Made by a program: the position numbers and the translations under genes. A stretch of 64,000 nt of DNA from Azolla caroliniana (lineage: Eukaryota; Plantae; Polypodiophyta). Shown here one piece after another: positions 47,274-60,958 of the stretch (within the stretch, counting starts at the first letter, position 1; each line of letters starts with the position of its first letter). The notes under the pieces were generated by a model. That model had not been told where the DNA came from, did no database searches, and saw only the letters and a list, made by a program, of their open reading frames with translations. The DNA lies in NCBI GenBank assembly GCA_043228905.1, contig JBHGNT010000018.1, forward strand, positions 13,020,001-13,084,000, given 5' to 3'.

Positions 47274-50255
47274 CGCCCCCTCAAGCTCAACTCGGGTCGG
47301 TTCCTTTTGATTGATGTCCGCTTCGGCTGGTATCCGGTTCGGACAATCTCCGGTGTCCGCTTCGGCTTGTACCCAGTTCGAACGGTATCTAGTTCTCGCT
47401 TGTACTCCCCCTCAAGCTTGGCAAGTCAAGGATCGTCAATCCGAGGTCTAACATAAATTGCTGAAGCTTTTCGGCTCCTAGGGCCTTGGTGAAGATGTCA
47501 GCTATCTGAAGGTTTGTGTTGATGTGTAGAAGATTGACATCTCCAACCTGAACACGCTCTCGAATGAAGTGATAGTGCACTTTGATATGCTTTGTGTGTG
47601 CGTGGAATACTGGGTTCCTAGCCAAATATATATTGCTCATGTTGTCGCAGTAAATGGGAGTCGGATCCTTGATGGGAATACCCAGATCCTTCAAAATCCT
47701 CTTGAGCCATACGGTTCACATGCAGCTACGGTTGTGCCCCTGTATTCGGCCTCCGTACTCGAAAGTGCGACAGAAGGCTGCTTCTTACTACTACAAGATA
47801 TTGCTCCGCTACCGAGCGAGAAGACAAATCTGGAGGTCAATCGTCGATCAGATTTGTAGCCTGCCTAGTTTGTGTACCCTTTGAGTCGTATTGGTGTGGT
47901 CGATGTGTAGAGAACGTCGTAATCCATTGTGCCACTCACATATCGTAATACTCTCTTAGCGCAATCAAAATGCATATCTCGTTTGTGCCGGAGTCAGCAT
48001 CTAGTTTGAGGTTTTGATCGAGAGGCGTGGCAACCGATTTGCACTCAATCATCCCGAACTTGCATAACAAGTTGAGGATGTAGTGTCATTGAGAGATCAT
48101 AATGCCAGTCGGAATCCGAATTACTTCGATGCCAAGGAAGTAATGGAGCTCCTTCATGTCCGTCATCTCAAATTTTCCAGAGAGGAGGGACCTAACCTTG
48201 TTGATGTCGATTAGACTTTCACCTCCAATGACCATATCATCCACGTATAGGATGATGACAATTAGGCTTCTAGAGTCATGTCGTACATAGAGGGAGTTGT
48301 CAGATTTCGACATTCGAAAGCCGATTTGATGAAGATATTGCGTAATCTTTGAATGTCAAGCACGCGGTGCTTGCTTGAGGCCGTAGAGTGGCTTCTTGAG
48401 TCGGCACATGGCTTTCAGATGAGTACGCGATTCGAAATCGAGTGGTTGCACCATGTACACCTCCTCTTCTAATTCGCCTTGAAGAAAGGCATTCCTGACG
48501 TCCATTTGGTGGAGGTGCCACCCTTTTGCTTCTGCAAGTGCGATCACGGTCCGCACCGTCGTCATCTTTGCTACCGGGGCAAAGGTCTCCTCATAGTCGA
48601 CTCCATGTGTTTGTGCGTATCCTTTCTCTACGAGTTGAGCTTTGTAGTGGTTGACAGAGCCGTCGGCATTATACTTCACTTTGTAGATCCATTTGCAGCC
48701 AATTGCCTTCATATGTGGTGAGTGGGGAACGAGATCCCATGTCTTGTTCTTGTGTAGTGCACTCATCTCCTCAGTCATTACTTCAATCCTTCATGGGTTC
48801 TTTGTGACTTCAGAAAAGATTTTCGACTCCCGTATTGTTGCCACCTCCATCATAAATGTGTAATGGTATGCCATGTACTCATCGTAGCCGAATCGGCTTA
48901 TGGGGTTCTTTTCACGGGTGGATCGGCGAAGCTTCTCGTTTGTGGATTCTAAGGCTTTCTTCACTCCATTTGTCCGGATGTCAAGGCCTTTGAACTCACT
49001 ATCGAGGGAGTGAATCGATTCGATGCCGTCAAAATGATCATCTTCATACTCCGGCATTTTTGTCTTCCCTTTGTCCAGATTCGAACTCGGCCGAGATGTG
49101 CTTTGATCGCTCGGAGGCTCTTGTGGCCCACTAAGCCTTGTCATAATTGGGCTTTCTTCGAACATGCACATGAGCCGATCTTCGGCTTCTATCTCTATTT
49201 CGGCGGAATCCAAGTCGAGCGGAATCGAAGTCGAAGTTGTCTCTGGTGCGTACCAAGATGCGGACTCGTCGAAAACGACATCTCGACTTACTCGAGATTT
49301 TCGAGTTGAGGCGTTATAGCACTTGTACCCCTTTTGCTCCAGTGAGTATCCTACGAGGATACATTTCTCCGACTTCAGGTCGAGCTTTTGTCGCTTCTCG
49401 TCGGGGATGTGCATGTACGCAATGGAGCCGAATATCTGAACATGCGATAGGTCCGGCTTCTTTCCGAAAAACTTCTCGTGTGGAGTAAGTTCCTGCACAC
49501 CCAATGTCATACACCAATTCATGAGGTATACGACCGTGTTAGCCACTTCTGCCCAATACGACTTCGGCACGTGCTTTTCGTTCATCATGGGTCGTACTAC
49601 TTCGAGGATGTGCCGATTCTTTTGTTCAGCCACTCCATTTTGTTGTGGCGTATGTCGACACAAAACTCTCGTCAAATTCCTTCTTTCCGTAGATACGCCG
49701 TAAACTCATCCGAAAAATATTCATTGCCTCCATCTGATCAAAGGCACCGTACGTGTCGATTCTTAGCTTTTTTGACTCCACTCTTGAATTTTTGGAAGTG
49801 TCCGAACACTTCGCTCTTTTGCCGCATCAGGTAGATCCAAGTGTGCTTAGAGAAGTCGTCGATAAAGGTCATGTAGTATAAGCATCCGTCGAATGTCGTC
49901 GTTTGAGCCGGTCCCCATACATCATAATGAATTACATCGAGTATGCCTTTACTTACATTCCTATCCTTCGAAAATGGATGCCGTTGTTGCTTGCCGAATT
50001 GGCAAGCCGCATATACGCCTTCAATCTCTCTCTCTTTGAAGGTTGGGCGTTCGATGACGATTCCTTTCAATTGCATCGCCTTGAGCTTTTGGAGGTTTAT
50101 ATGGCCAATCCGCTTGTGCCATAACTCTATGTCGAACTCGGCTTTCGTGCCTTTTGCGAACATGGTCGATTTCATCTCGTGCAAGTCGAGAATGAACATT
50201 CGGCCCTCTCTTCATCCACGCGCGATGAGTCGGCCCTCTTTTTCGATGAAGCAAC

Positions 50256-50844
50256 TGTTAGGAAACAGGTCCCTCCGGAAGGATGAGAAGGATCCGGCTA
50301 CGGAAGACCCGGTGAGAACCGGATGAGGAGTACCCGGCAAGCGCCGGATGATGCAGGCCCGGTGAGGAGTGCTCACCGGATGAAGGGACATATTCGTAAA
50401 TATGTCTTCTGAGAGTCCATCGGGGCTATATTTGTAAATAGCCGAAAAGTCATATTAGTATAAATATGACTTAGGGCAAACTCAGAGCGTAGTTGTTGAT
50501 AGAGTGGTTGTCATTCTTGTTGGCGCAAGATTAGAGCACAACCGTGTACAGAGAGAGAGAGAGAGAGGAAGAGGTTGTTGCCTCTGTTGTAACTGCTGCT
50601 TGTGGCGAAGATAGCAAGCTCGAGGTCGTTGCCTCGGTGCTTCACTATTTGTACATTGTGATATAGTGATAGTTTGCAGTCTGTGGGTTGCCGTGGTTTT
50701 TTCCCTAGTTTGGGTTTTTCCACGTTAACATCCTGTGTACTCTTCTCTCCTTTGTGTCGTGCGTTTCCTTTCCCGTTTTCTGTGTATGATTCTAAACTCG
50801 GTTGTGGCCGAGCGTTGTTCATCGGGAACGTGAAGTTCCTGTCA
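50256..50844 (+). repeat. 5' LTR of copia G
   Basis: TGTTAGGAAAC...CCTGTCA, AC, TGGTATCAGAGC. Confidence 0.95.
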
Positions 50845-50873
50845 ACTGGTATCAGAGCGAGACGACGCAGGAA

Positions 50874-53800
50874 ATGGACGATTCGTTGGGCGGCATGTTC
50901 AAGCTCACTGGCTCCAGCTATTCAGTATGGAAGTCGAAGATGAGGGACATGCTTGTGGTTAAAGATCTTTGGTTGCCGGTTCAGTTCGGGGACAAGAGAC
51001 CGGACAAAATCGATGCCATGATATGGGAGGTGATGCACATGAAGACAACGACGTACATACGGTGCTTCATCGACATGAGCCTATACAACAACTTCAATGA
51101 AGAGAGCAAGGCTTATGAGCTCTGGGAGAAGATCGGCATTATGTTTCAAAACAAAAATGTTGTTAATCAAGTTTCGGTATTCCGGAAGCTAGTAAGACTC
51201 CGGTACCAAGATGGCTCTAGCATGGCGGAGCACATGAATGCCTTCCAGGGGCTGATACACCAGGCAACTTCATTGGAAGTACCTCTCGCCGATGAGGTAC
51301 TAGTGCTACTCCTACTTGGTTCCCTCCCGGATAGCTGGGAGACGTTGGTTGTCACTTTGGGCAACGCCGGGCCGGAAGGAAAACGGTTATCCCTAGCAAG
51401 AGTGAAGTCGAGCTTGCTAGATGAGGAGGCGCGTCGGAAAGATAAGGATATGAGCTCCGACTCCAAAGTGCTCCTTACCGAATCGAAATGTGGAAGACAT
51501 AGAAACCGTACTCCCCAGAACCGGGAAAAGTCGGGGACACGGTCAAAATCAAGGGGGAGGCCTACTTGCTTCTATTGCGGCAAGCCGGGACACTTCCAAA
51601 AGAACTATCGGCATTTTCGTAAAGACAAGGAAACCGACGGTACCGATTCGAAGCGGACACTGGACCGGAACGGTAAAGACCGGAGAGGGCCGGACCAGAA
51701 GGGAACGACGGTAATCGCGGCAAGTGAAGAAGAGTTGATGCTCATCACCGAGGAGAGTGAGCTAAACCTTGTCGGCGACGAGATGACCTGGGTGGTCGAC
51801 TCAGAAGCGTTGTTCCACCTTACCCCGGACCAGAAATGCTTCTCATCCTACTCAGCCAGTGATCACGGTTGTGTCCGGATGGGGAATGAAGGTACATGCC
51901 GAATTGTCGGCATAGGAGACGTGTGGTTGACAACACCAACCGGATGCAAGCTGCTGTTGAAGGATGTCCGACACGTTCCGGAGGTTCGTCTGAACCTGAT
52001 ATCAGCCGGTCGGCTAGATGATGAAGGCTACACGGGTAGCATCCGGAACGGTGCTATGAAGTTCAGCAAAGGGAGCCTGGTTTTGGCTCGGGCTTGGAAG
52101 GTCAACACATTGTACCTGATGAATGCCCGGTTATGTCCGGAGGAAGTGAACGTGGCCTCTGACACTGCTGGTGAGTTGTGGCACAAAAGGCTGTGTCACA
52201 TGAGTGAGAAGGGGATGAAGAGGCTGCAGACGACAACCTCATTCCAGTGAAGAACGTGCACTTGGAGAAGTGCACTGATTGTCTGGCCAGTAAGCAAAAC
52301 CGGACCTCCTTCCGACCAAGGCCACCGATGAGACGTAATGCACCACTGGAGTTGGTGCATACAGATGTTTGTCAAGTGGACATGAAGTCACACGCAGGAT
52401 TGCAGTACTTCGTGACGTTCATAGATGACCACAGCTGGAAGCTGTGGGCCACACCGTTGAAGACGAAGGATCAAGTGCTATCCGTCTTCAAAGAGCTCCA
52501 CGCGAGAGTGGAAAGAGAAACCGGCCGGAAGCTGAAGGCGGTTCAAGCAGATAACGGAGGTGAATACCGGGGGTAGTTCGAGGAGTACTGTCGCTCGAAG
52601 GGAATCCGGCTCGAATTTACCGTGCCGAAGACGCCGGAACTAAACGAGCTGGCCGAGAGGATGAACCAGACCATAATGGAGAGGGTCCGGAGTATGCTGG
52701 CGCATGCAAAACTACCCAAGAAGTTTTGGGCTGAGGCACTGTCGATGGCGACATATGTGATAAACAGATCACCCTCAGTACCCTTGGACGGAGACACGCC
52801 GCAGAGAGTATGGACCAGTAAGGAAGTGTCCTACCGGCATCTGAAGGTGTTCGGGTGTCTCGCGTACGTGCAAGTAGCTAAGGACCGGAGAGGAAAGTTA
52901 GATCCAAAGACCCGGCCATGCATATTCCTCGGTTACGGCGATGATGAGTTCGGCTACTGAGTGTGGGACCCGGTTGACAAGAAGGTATTCCGGAGTCGAG
53001 ATATTATCTTCATGAAGGACAAGACGCTCGCCGACTGGGAGTCGGAGAAGAAGATAATGAACTCCAAGTCAACTGGTAAGGATCGATTCTACGATCAGCA
53101 GACCCAACCGGCAAGAGACCGGTTAGCACTCGAGGAACCAGCCGGTTACGGTGAGGATGTCGAACCGGCAGAAGAAGAAGTAGAGGAAGCTGAAACCGGA
53201 ACCGGCCAAGACCCCGAATCGGATTCGGATGAAGAGCAAATGGAGGAGCCGGTTACCGAAGCCCAAAGACGGAGATATCCTCTCAGAGAGAGAAGGCCCC
53301 CCTGGAGATTTCCGGATGCAGAGCATGTGCTGCTAACCGATGAGGGGGAGCCAGAAAGCTTTGAAGAAGCGAAGGATGACAACCAAAGCCGCAAATGGTT
53401 AAGTGCCATGCAGGATGAGATGGATTCCATGCGTGAGAACCATACGTACGAATTGGTGGAGTTGCCGAAAGGAAAGCGGGCACTCCGAAACTAGTGGGTG
53501 TACAAGTTGAAACCAGGAGATGCCGGCAAACCCCCGAGATACAAAGCCAGGATCGTGGTGAAGGGGTTCCAGTAGAAGAAGGGCGTGAACTTCGACGAGA
53601 TATTTGCCCCGGTAGTAAAGATGACCTCCATCCGGATGGTGCTGAGCATAGCGGCTAGCATGGACCTCGAGGTAGAGCAGCTAGATGTGAAGACGACATT
53701 CCTTCACGGTGACCTCGAAGAGGAGATCTACATGCAGCAACCGGAAGGATTCGTGGAGAAAGGGAAGGAGCACCTGGTATGCCGGTTGAAGAAGAGCCTG

Positions 53801-54919
53801 TACGGACTGAAGCAGGCTCCCCGACAATGGTACCGAAAGTTCGACTCCTTCATGACCGATCAAGGGTACCACAAGACGCAGGCCGATCACTGCGTGTTTG
53901 TGAAGAAGTTCGAAGGAGACGACTTCCTGATACTCCTTCTGTACATGGACGACATGTTGATCGTCGGACGAGACCAAGTCAAAATACTGATGCTGAAGAA
54001 GGCTCTCAACCGGACCTTCTTAATGAAAGACTTGGGTCCGGCAAGACAGATGTTGGGGATGCATATCATCTGGAACTGGCCAACGAAGCAACTGTGGCTG
54101 TCACAGGAGAAATACGTGACAAAGGTGCTTCAGCGGTTCAACATGTCAGATGCGAAACCGGTCGGATCGACGCTTCTGGCAAACTGCAGGTTATCTGGTA
54201 AGCAAAGCCCGAAGACGAAAGTAGAGAAGGCTGATATGATGAAGGTTCCATATGCCTCTGCCATCGGGAGCTTAATGTACGCAATGGTGTGTACTCGACC
54301 GGATATCGGATACACAGTCGGAGTGGTGAGCCGGTTTATGAGCAATCCCGGCAAGGAGCACTGGAACGCAGTCAAATGGATACTCCGGTACTTGAAGGGC
54401 ACTTCGAATATGTGTCTCCAATTCGGCTCCGGTAAACCTCAACTTGACGGTTTTACCGACTCGGACATGTCGGCTGATGTGGATACCAGTCAGTCTACAT
54501 CCGGGTATGTAATGACATATGCAGGGGGAGTTGTTTCGTGGCAGTCGAGGCTGCAGAAGACGGTTGCGTTGTCAACCACGGAGGCGGAGTACATGGCGGC
54601 TGTGGAAGCCAGCAAGGAAATATTATGGATGAAGGACTTCATCGGAGAGCTTGGTATCCGGCAAGATGAATACCGGCTCTATTGCAACAGTCAAAGTGCC
54701 ATCCACCTTGCTAAGAATGCGGCCTACCATTCCTGGACGAAGCATATCCAGAGTAGGTATCACTAGATCCGGGAAAGAGTAGATGACCAGGAGTTCATGC
54801 TTACGAAGATCCACACGGCCGAGAATGGGTCAGATATGCTGACCAAAGTACTGATACCCGACAAGCTGGATGCATGCCGGAAGCGGATCGGACTAGTAAG
54901 ACATCCCATGCCGGAGTGA
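50874..54919 (+). pseudogene. Copia G gag-pol, one frameshift and a few nonsense codons
   Basis: Long ORFs 50802-52250, 52247-52576, 52622-52960, 52961-53494, 53585-54766 with all copia domains in order. Confidence 0.95.
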
Positions 54920-54929
54920 AGGGGGAGTT

Positions 54930-55349
54930 TGTTAGGAAAAGGACCCGGCTACGGAAGACCCGGTGAGAACCGGATGAGAAGGACCCGGCTACGGAAGACC
55001 CGGTGAGAACCGGATGAGAAGGACCCGGCTACGGAAGACCCGGTGAGAACCGGATGAGAAGGAACCGACTACGGAAGACCCAGTGAGAACCGGATGAGGA
55101 GTACCCGGCAAGCGGAAGACCCGGTGAGAACCGGATGAGGAGTACCCGGCAAGCGCCGGATGATGCAGGCCCGGTGAGGAGTGCTCACCGGATGAAGGGA
55201 CATATTCGTAAATATGTCTTCTGAGAGTCCATCGGGGCTATATTTGTAAATAGCCGAATAGTCATATTAGTATAAATATGACTTAGGGCAAACTCAAAGC
55301 GTAGTTGTTGATAGAGTGGTTGTCATTCTTGTTGGCGCAAGATTAGAGC
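54930..55349 (+). repeat. Truncated 3' LTR of copia G with a 40-bp tandem expansion
   Basis: Unit aggacccggctacggaagacccggtgagaaccggatgaga occurs four times from 54940 plus a partial variant; match to 5' LTR stops at gattagagc. Confidence 0.92.
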
Positions 55350-56593
55350 GCAACATCATTCCGACTCTCGAAGTTCTTGGAACCATTCTTGATGAGACGT
55401 CATATGGTTCGAGGCACCGGAGTCGACGAACCATACATCTTCCGGACCCGAGGCACTAGTTGAAGTAGAAGGCGACATAGAATTTGCTCTATGTCTCATC
55501 ACGAACATTCCACCACAATCGTCATAATCGGAGTTGGTGGCGTAGTTGGTGAGTTGTCGGCTAGTGGAAGCCAACTCACGTATCTTCTTAAGGCATTCTT
55601 CTTCATGGTGACCGATTTCTCCACAATATCCGCATTCGACCGAATTTTGCCGATTCAGACCGGAATGGAAGCTCCCCTTTCTTCCGAAGGTTCCTCGATG
55701 GCTTCCGTCTTAATGCTGAAATTGCGAGTTGTTTTCGTAAGTCGAGCCTCGTCCACCTCTTCCTTGGCCGAATCGGCCTCTTCTTGCACAGTCGCGTCCT
55801 ATTCCTCCGTCTGAATGCGTGTAGAGCATGTGGCCTTCCGAGGCATTGCTCCTTGTTCGAACATGATTTTCATTTACCAACAACATGGATTGAAGATCGA
55901 AGGAGGGCGGATTCTCTCGTGCTAGTACGACAGTCCGCATCACGTCGAACCGTGGTGCAAGGCCGCCAAGGCATATTTGCACCATTTTGTCATCCTCCAC
56001 ATTGACGCTTATCGAGCCGAGTGCATCACAAAGCTCCTTGATCTTCAAGGTGTAGCTTGTGATGGACATATCCCGTTGTTGGATGTTGTTTAACTCTTGG
56101 CGGAGTTGAAGATTTCTCGCGATTGTGTTGGCGGCGAAAATCTTTCGTAGATTCTCCCACGCTTCCTTTGGCGTTTCAGCTTCTCGAATGTAGTCGAGCA
56201 TGTGGTCGTGAACATATGTCGCCAAGCAATACATCACTCAGCTTGCCGCTTGCTCCCACGTTCCATAGTCGACGTCTTTCGGGTCGGGTCGGTTTTCTTG
56301 TGCGCCCTTGATGTAACCCCAATAACCTTGGCCGACAAGGTATTAATGCATCTTGTACTCCCAAGATGTGAAGTTGTTTCGGTCCAACTTCTCGCTAGGG
56401 AGAGTGCTTCCCATTTGAGTATTCATTGTCAATTAAGCTTCCTTTGTTCTTTTCCTTCTCTCTCGAACACGAGCTATGTAGTGGTACTACGATAGCAATG
56501 AGCCGGTTCTTCTTGAACGTCGGCGTAGAGCACAACACATGATCACGAAGAGGTGAGTGGGCTAGATCGAGCTACCAAATCGCTCTGATACCA

Positions 56594-57058
56594 TGTAAAG
56601 AATCGATGGTGATTCTTGTGAAGCAGAATAGATGTGCGTTATGTGCGTATATGTGTGAGAAAAAGAGAGGAGAGAAAAGAGAACTCAAGATAGATAGATG
56701 AGAGGAAAAAAGAATACTGAAGAAGAAGGTGTATATTTCACAAGTAGAATAAGATTTACAAAATGTAGCATAACAAGGAGTCACACCCGACTTAGTATGT
56801 AGTGTGAGGAGGGTGCTTTATATATAGTCACCCTCTCTCTTCATTAACTAACCACAACAACCACTGTCTCTCTTGGGGAATGTGAAGACTCATAATCATG
56901 GGGAATATGTAACTCATTAGTTATGTGTCATAGAATATGATTCTATGACACATAGTTAATGTGTATAGAGTAATGGTGTGACTCTTGACCTTTGAGTAAT
57001 CATGGATTCTCAAAAGGTGTGTTCACACGTTGCACTATGTTGAGCTTGATTCTCAACA
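56594..57058 (-). repeat. 5' LTR of copia J
   Basis: Minus strand TGTTGAGAATC...CTTTACA then TGGTATCAGAGC. Confidence 0.94.
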
Positions 57059-58747
57059 CTTTCTTTGCTTAGAATTAGGGTTTGCCTCATGACTAACTCA
57101 CACAACTAGAGAGAGTTTAGTATTCTTCCATGCACTATATGTATGTTAGAGGGTTATCCTTCAATGAGACAAGATTACTCATCATTAGCTTAAGTTGCTC
57201 TCAATGATGACTTCTTCATATCAAATTTGTACTAGTAGGTTTAAGAAAGTACTTTGATGTGTCTAATAGATTTGTTTCATGATTCATTAACATCAATTGT
57301 TTTCGACTAAGATGGGAGGCTTCATTAGACCTAATTATTGGTCTAGTTTTGATGCAAGTTCCTCCAACATTCTTGAGAGAGGGTTACAACATACATCAAT
57401 TTTTCAGATTGGCCATACTAAAGAGCTCATATTTAAAAGCATCAGCTCAACCTAATACCAATTATAAAATATTGCTTGTCGTTGCTCTACCATAACAAAA
57501 GATGTTGCATGCACATTTTTATTGTCATAATATTGGATATCAAAAATCAAACATAGGAGAATTTGTAGAAGAAATTTATTTAGGAAGGAAGTTTGTACAC
57601 CATCTTAGGTCTTTCAAGAATTTTTACTAAAGACTTGTGCCCCAATATTATGAGAACATTGAGGAGTTGTGAATTCAACAATCTATATCCTTTGAAGACT
57701 ATTATACATGACCAGATGAAACTAGAGAAGCCTCAGATATATATGCATCCTTGGCTTTCATTGTTTCCTTTGAAAGAGGTTGTTTCAACAAACTCACTCC
57801 GTCCAAGCAAATTTGTTACACATTGTGGAATTGGGCCAAGAATGGCATGTTCCTTCAAGATCAAATGAAAGGGAACGCAAAAAATCCTCAAAAATATCCA
57901 ATTAGAGGTGATCATCCTTACAATAGAGTTGATTATCCAGAATTGTTAGTGATTATCTGGGGTGATTAGGTCTCAATTATAAGTGACAAACAATTGGTGG
58001 AATTTGATTTGGACATTACTTTTGTGATCTTTGACTCAAACATTCTAGACAATTGAACTCGGCAAGATAATGTGGCCATTTCACTGAATTGGCAAGATAA
58101 TCAACTACTTGCAAAATCCAAAATCCTGCTCTTTGTTTTGCTTTAGGGTGTTATTAAAAGCTTCATTGGGGATGATTCACATTGATGAACTGCTTTTTCA
58201 AAACCATGTAACCTTGAGGATCAACAAAAACGAATGCATTCCCAACAACAGAAATTCAAATTCAAATAATCAAGTAAGAGAAAAAGAAGATAATTCCAAT
58301 ATTAAATATCAACCCAACTTTGGCATATCACATTCAGATAGCAACAGCAATTATAGCGAGATATTTGATGTGACATGTTCAATTTAGCTAACCAAAAATA
58401 TTATAAATACACTAAAGTTCTAAACAATATACACTCATTTGTTCGTAGCTCAAGGTCTAACAACCTTTCATTTTGTAGATAATTTTCTACATCTAACATT
58501 CGGGTGGTTACATAATCTTAGCATGTTTGGGACTTTCCTAGTTGCCAATAACTATTTTCTATGTACAAAAGAGAGTACTGCATATTGTTGAATGTTTTTA
58601 AGGGTTTCAGATGTATTATGTATTAGGTTTATAGTGTTTCGTATGGTTTGATTAAGGATTTTGAAGATATAGGTCATTTAGGTTTAGGGAATAGTTAGGA
58701 TGTAGGATGTGGTTGGGGGGTTTTCGGAAAAGAGGTTCGTTAACCCA

Positions 58748-58991
58748 TCAAGTGTGTTCTTGAGTTTTCAAAGTTGGTCTTTCACCTGGTCCCCTGAGTA
58801 GCATAGATAAGCTGTTTCCATTACCCCAAAAAGAAGCTAAGCTGAGTCCCATCACTGCCATGACCACCACAGAGCATGCTGGGGGAACAGCTTGGCTCCC
58901 TCCCAAAAATTGAGTTGCAAGAAGTCCTGCTAGTGTTGAGCTTTGCATCCCAGTACATAACGACAATGTCCGCCTAGTCTTCTCGTTAATC
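58748..58991 (-). CDS. BASS3: BASS3-like sodium/metabolite cotransporter, exon 5 (last)
   Basis: Acceptor ttctgtag at 58992; RTLSLCTGMQSSTLAGLLATQFLGGSQAVPPACSVVVMA; TGA stop. Confidence 0.92.
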
Positions 58992-59296
58992 CTACAGAAA
59001 ATCGTTCAACAGACATGATTGGGAACATAGTTTCTTATAATAAACTGGTACATTTTTGTAATTCATTTCATTGAGAATGGTTTAGGGAAAAGCACCAGAA
59101 TACTCCTAGCTTGTTGAATATGTACCCAAATATGATTAAGTATAAAAAAGTTTTGAGAATACCCATGTAAGAAATACATTTAAATAGATTTAGCATTCTA
59201 GTAACTCTTTGCAAGCTTAGGGTTTTCTTATAAATACACAGGTTAAGGTATTTTGGTGTTTCGCCTCAACAAAAACTCATACGTACTCATACATAC

Positions 59297-59544
59297 CTCA
59301 ATGCAGGAGCCTTAGCCATCCAGTATCCAAATGTGAAGCCAGCCAAGTGAAATGCTATGACCGGAACTAATAGTTGAAGTCCTTGAAAACTTGTGATTCG
59401 AGCCTTATTCAAAGCAAGTGGACTCCCTATGCAAAGGGATGTGCATACCATTGCCATGATGGGCATTATGGGACGGACCACATCGACCACCGGTTTTGCA
59501 TATGTGTTCAACGCAAGGCCCAACATTACAGGACATAAGACCAC
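59297..59544 (-). CDS. BASS3: BASS3-like cotransporter, exon 4
   Basis: ttacag acceptor, gtatgt donor; VVLCPVMLGLALNTYAKPVV..MVCTSLCIGSPL; phases fit neighbours. Confidence 0.93.
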
Positions 59545-60197
59545 CTGTAACACATAAAATCAGCATGATGAACAGCAAGTTCATGATATGTGCACACACA
59601 CACATATAACTCGAATAGGGAGTCAATAATAAGACTAGAGAAATGCCCAATTGCATGTGCTAAGTTCTTCTGTCTATGCATAATCAAATCTGGATAACCA
59701 TGGTTCAGATCCGACGCCTAGGATTTTCTGGAGTATATAAAGGGATAATGTAATCCCCTCCTAACTGATAACAAGGTTATGAGAAGTTTGTTTGCATCCT
59801 ATATTATGCTCATAGGCATCTCTAGCTTTGTTGGTGGCTTAGTGACCGTCTGTTAGATGCCTCCTTACTTACTGGTCTAGGGTTCATGTCCTGCTTTCAT
59901 GGATGAAGCAGAGAGATTCATCCATTTCTGGAATAAGCAGTTTTCATTATAGAGAAGCGGAAGCAGCACTTGTCTTTCAGTCATATGGCAAATCAAATCA
60001 AGTTGAGCTATTGTCGATCGATCAGTGAAGAATGAACTAGCATGCCCACCTGTAGCTTGTGGGTATTCATTTGGTTTATCCCCTACACTATGGGTGCCTG
60101 TTTATCGATAATTGGGCATATCTCTACCCATCATTTTACTCATAATGCATAGTTCAGTGCACATGTGCATAAGACTCATAACAGCAACATGAGATAC

Positions 60198-60504
60198 CTG
60201 TAGGATGGACTTCGCCATAGCAATTCCATCGACAGGGACAACAGAACCAATGAGGAGCCCTGTTAGTAGAGGTGTAACAATGACCGATGTGATGGTCGAC
60301 AAACTTGTCAAGACAATACTCAATGCAACATCACCATCGCTGAGATAGCTGGCATAGCTTGAGAGTTGTGCACCCGCAACACATGCGGTAAGTATGAAAC
60401 CGGAAGCAAATACCTCAGGCATTCTGAATGCCTTGGCCACAATCAAACCAAGTAGTGGTTTGGCTATATATTGAGAAGCATAGCCAGCAAGAACTGGCCT
60501 CGGC
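60198..60504 (-). CDS. BASS3: BASS3-like cotransporter, exon 3
   Basis: ttgcag acceptor, gtatct donor; QYIAKPLLG..CVAGAQLSSYAS..TPLLTGLLIGSVVPVD..SILQ. Confidence 0.94.
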
Positions 60505-60608
60505 CTGCAAGACCAAGAACAACAATAAGAACATGTCATTGCTTCATGTATTTGCAACCTATAAGAAAATATGATATGTTACATGATGACCCACTAATCC
60601 GCACTGAC

Positions 60609-60704
60609 CTCTTCAAGACGATCACGAAGTCCTTGATTGAAAGTTGGATACCAATAGAGAGCATTATACCCCCCAGAGCTGGAGCATAATATTCTTTCCT
60701 CACC
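60609..60704 (-). CDS. BASS3: BASS3-like cotransporter, exon 2
   Basis: atgtag acceptor, gtcagt donor; VRKEYYAPALGGIMLSIGIQLS. Confidence 0.93.
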
Positions 60705-60958
60705 CTACATAAAACAAATCCAAATGTAGCCAAAGGTATTGTTAAGCACACAATAACGCTGCAAAACAATGACTATCAAACGGTCGTCGAAACGATTCCA
60801 TTGGAGTAACAACTTACACGGCACATATGCTTGTAACAAAAGAAACCACGGATTAAACCAATGAACATGTGATTCAGGTCGCCCTTAATCATGGTTAAAT
60901 AATACAAATATACATATAAACTTAGACCTAGAGATTGGGGAGTTATGAAGATAAGTAC

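Larger units (their letters stand above)
50256..55354 (+). mobile_element. Near-complete Tnt1/Tork-like copia element G
   Basis: 5' LTR 50256-50844, PBS 50847-50858, PPT 54915-54929, 3' LTR from 54930 lacking its distal part; GCAAC at 50251-50255 and 55350-55354. Confidence 0.95.
46992..57058 (-). mobile_element. Ty1/copia element J, split by copia G; 3' LTR truncated by I
   Basis: 5' LTR 56594-57058, PBS 56582-56593, gag 56414-55600, WFVDSGASNHMT, integrase 50250-49250, RT 48780-48000, RH 47870-47390, PPT 47274-47291, LTR remnant 46992-47273. Confidence 0.93.

Noticed and set aside
50802-54919. Copia G as an autonomous active element
   Set aside because: Frameshift near 52230, several nonsense codons, altered protease motif (DSEA) and truncated 3' LTR.
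54940-55140. 40-bp direct repeats as CRISPR or satellite
   Set aside because: Head-to-tail with no spacers, inside an LTR U3 region.
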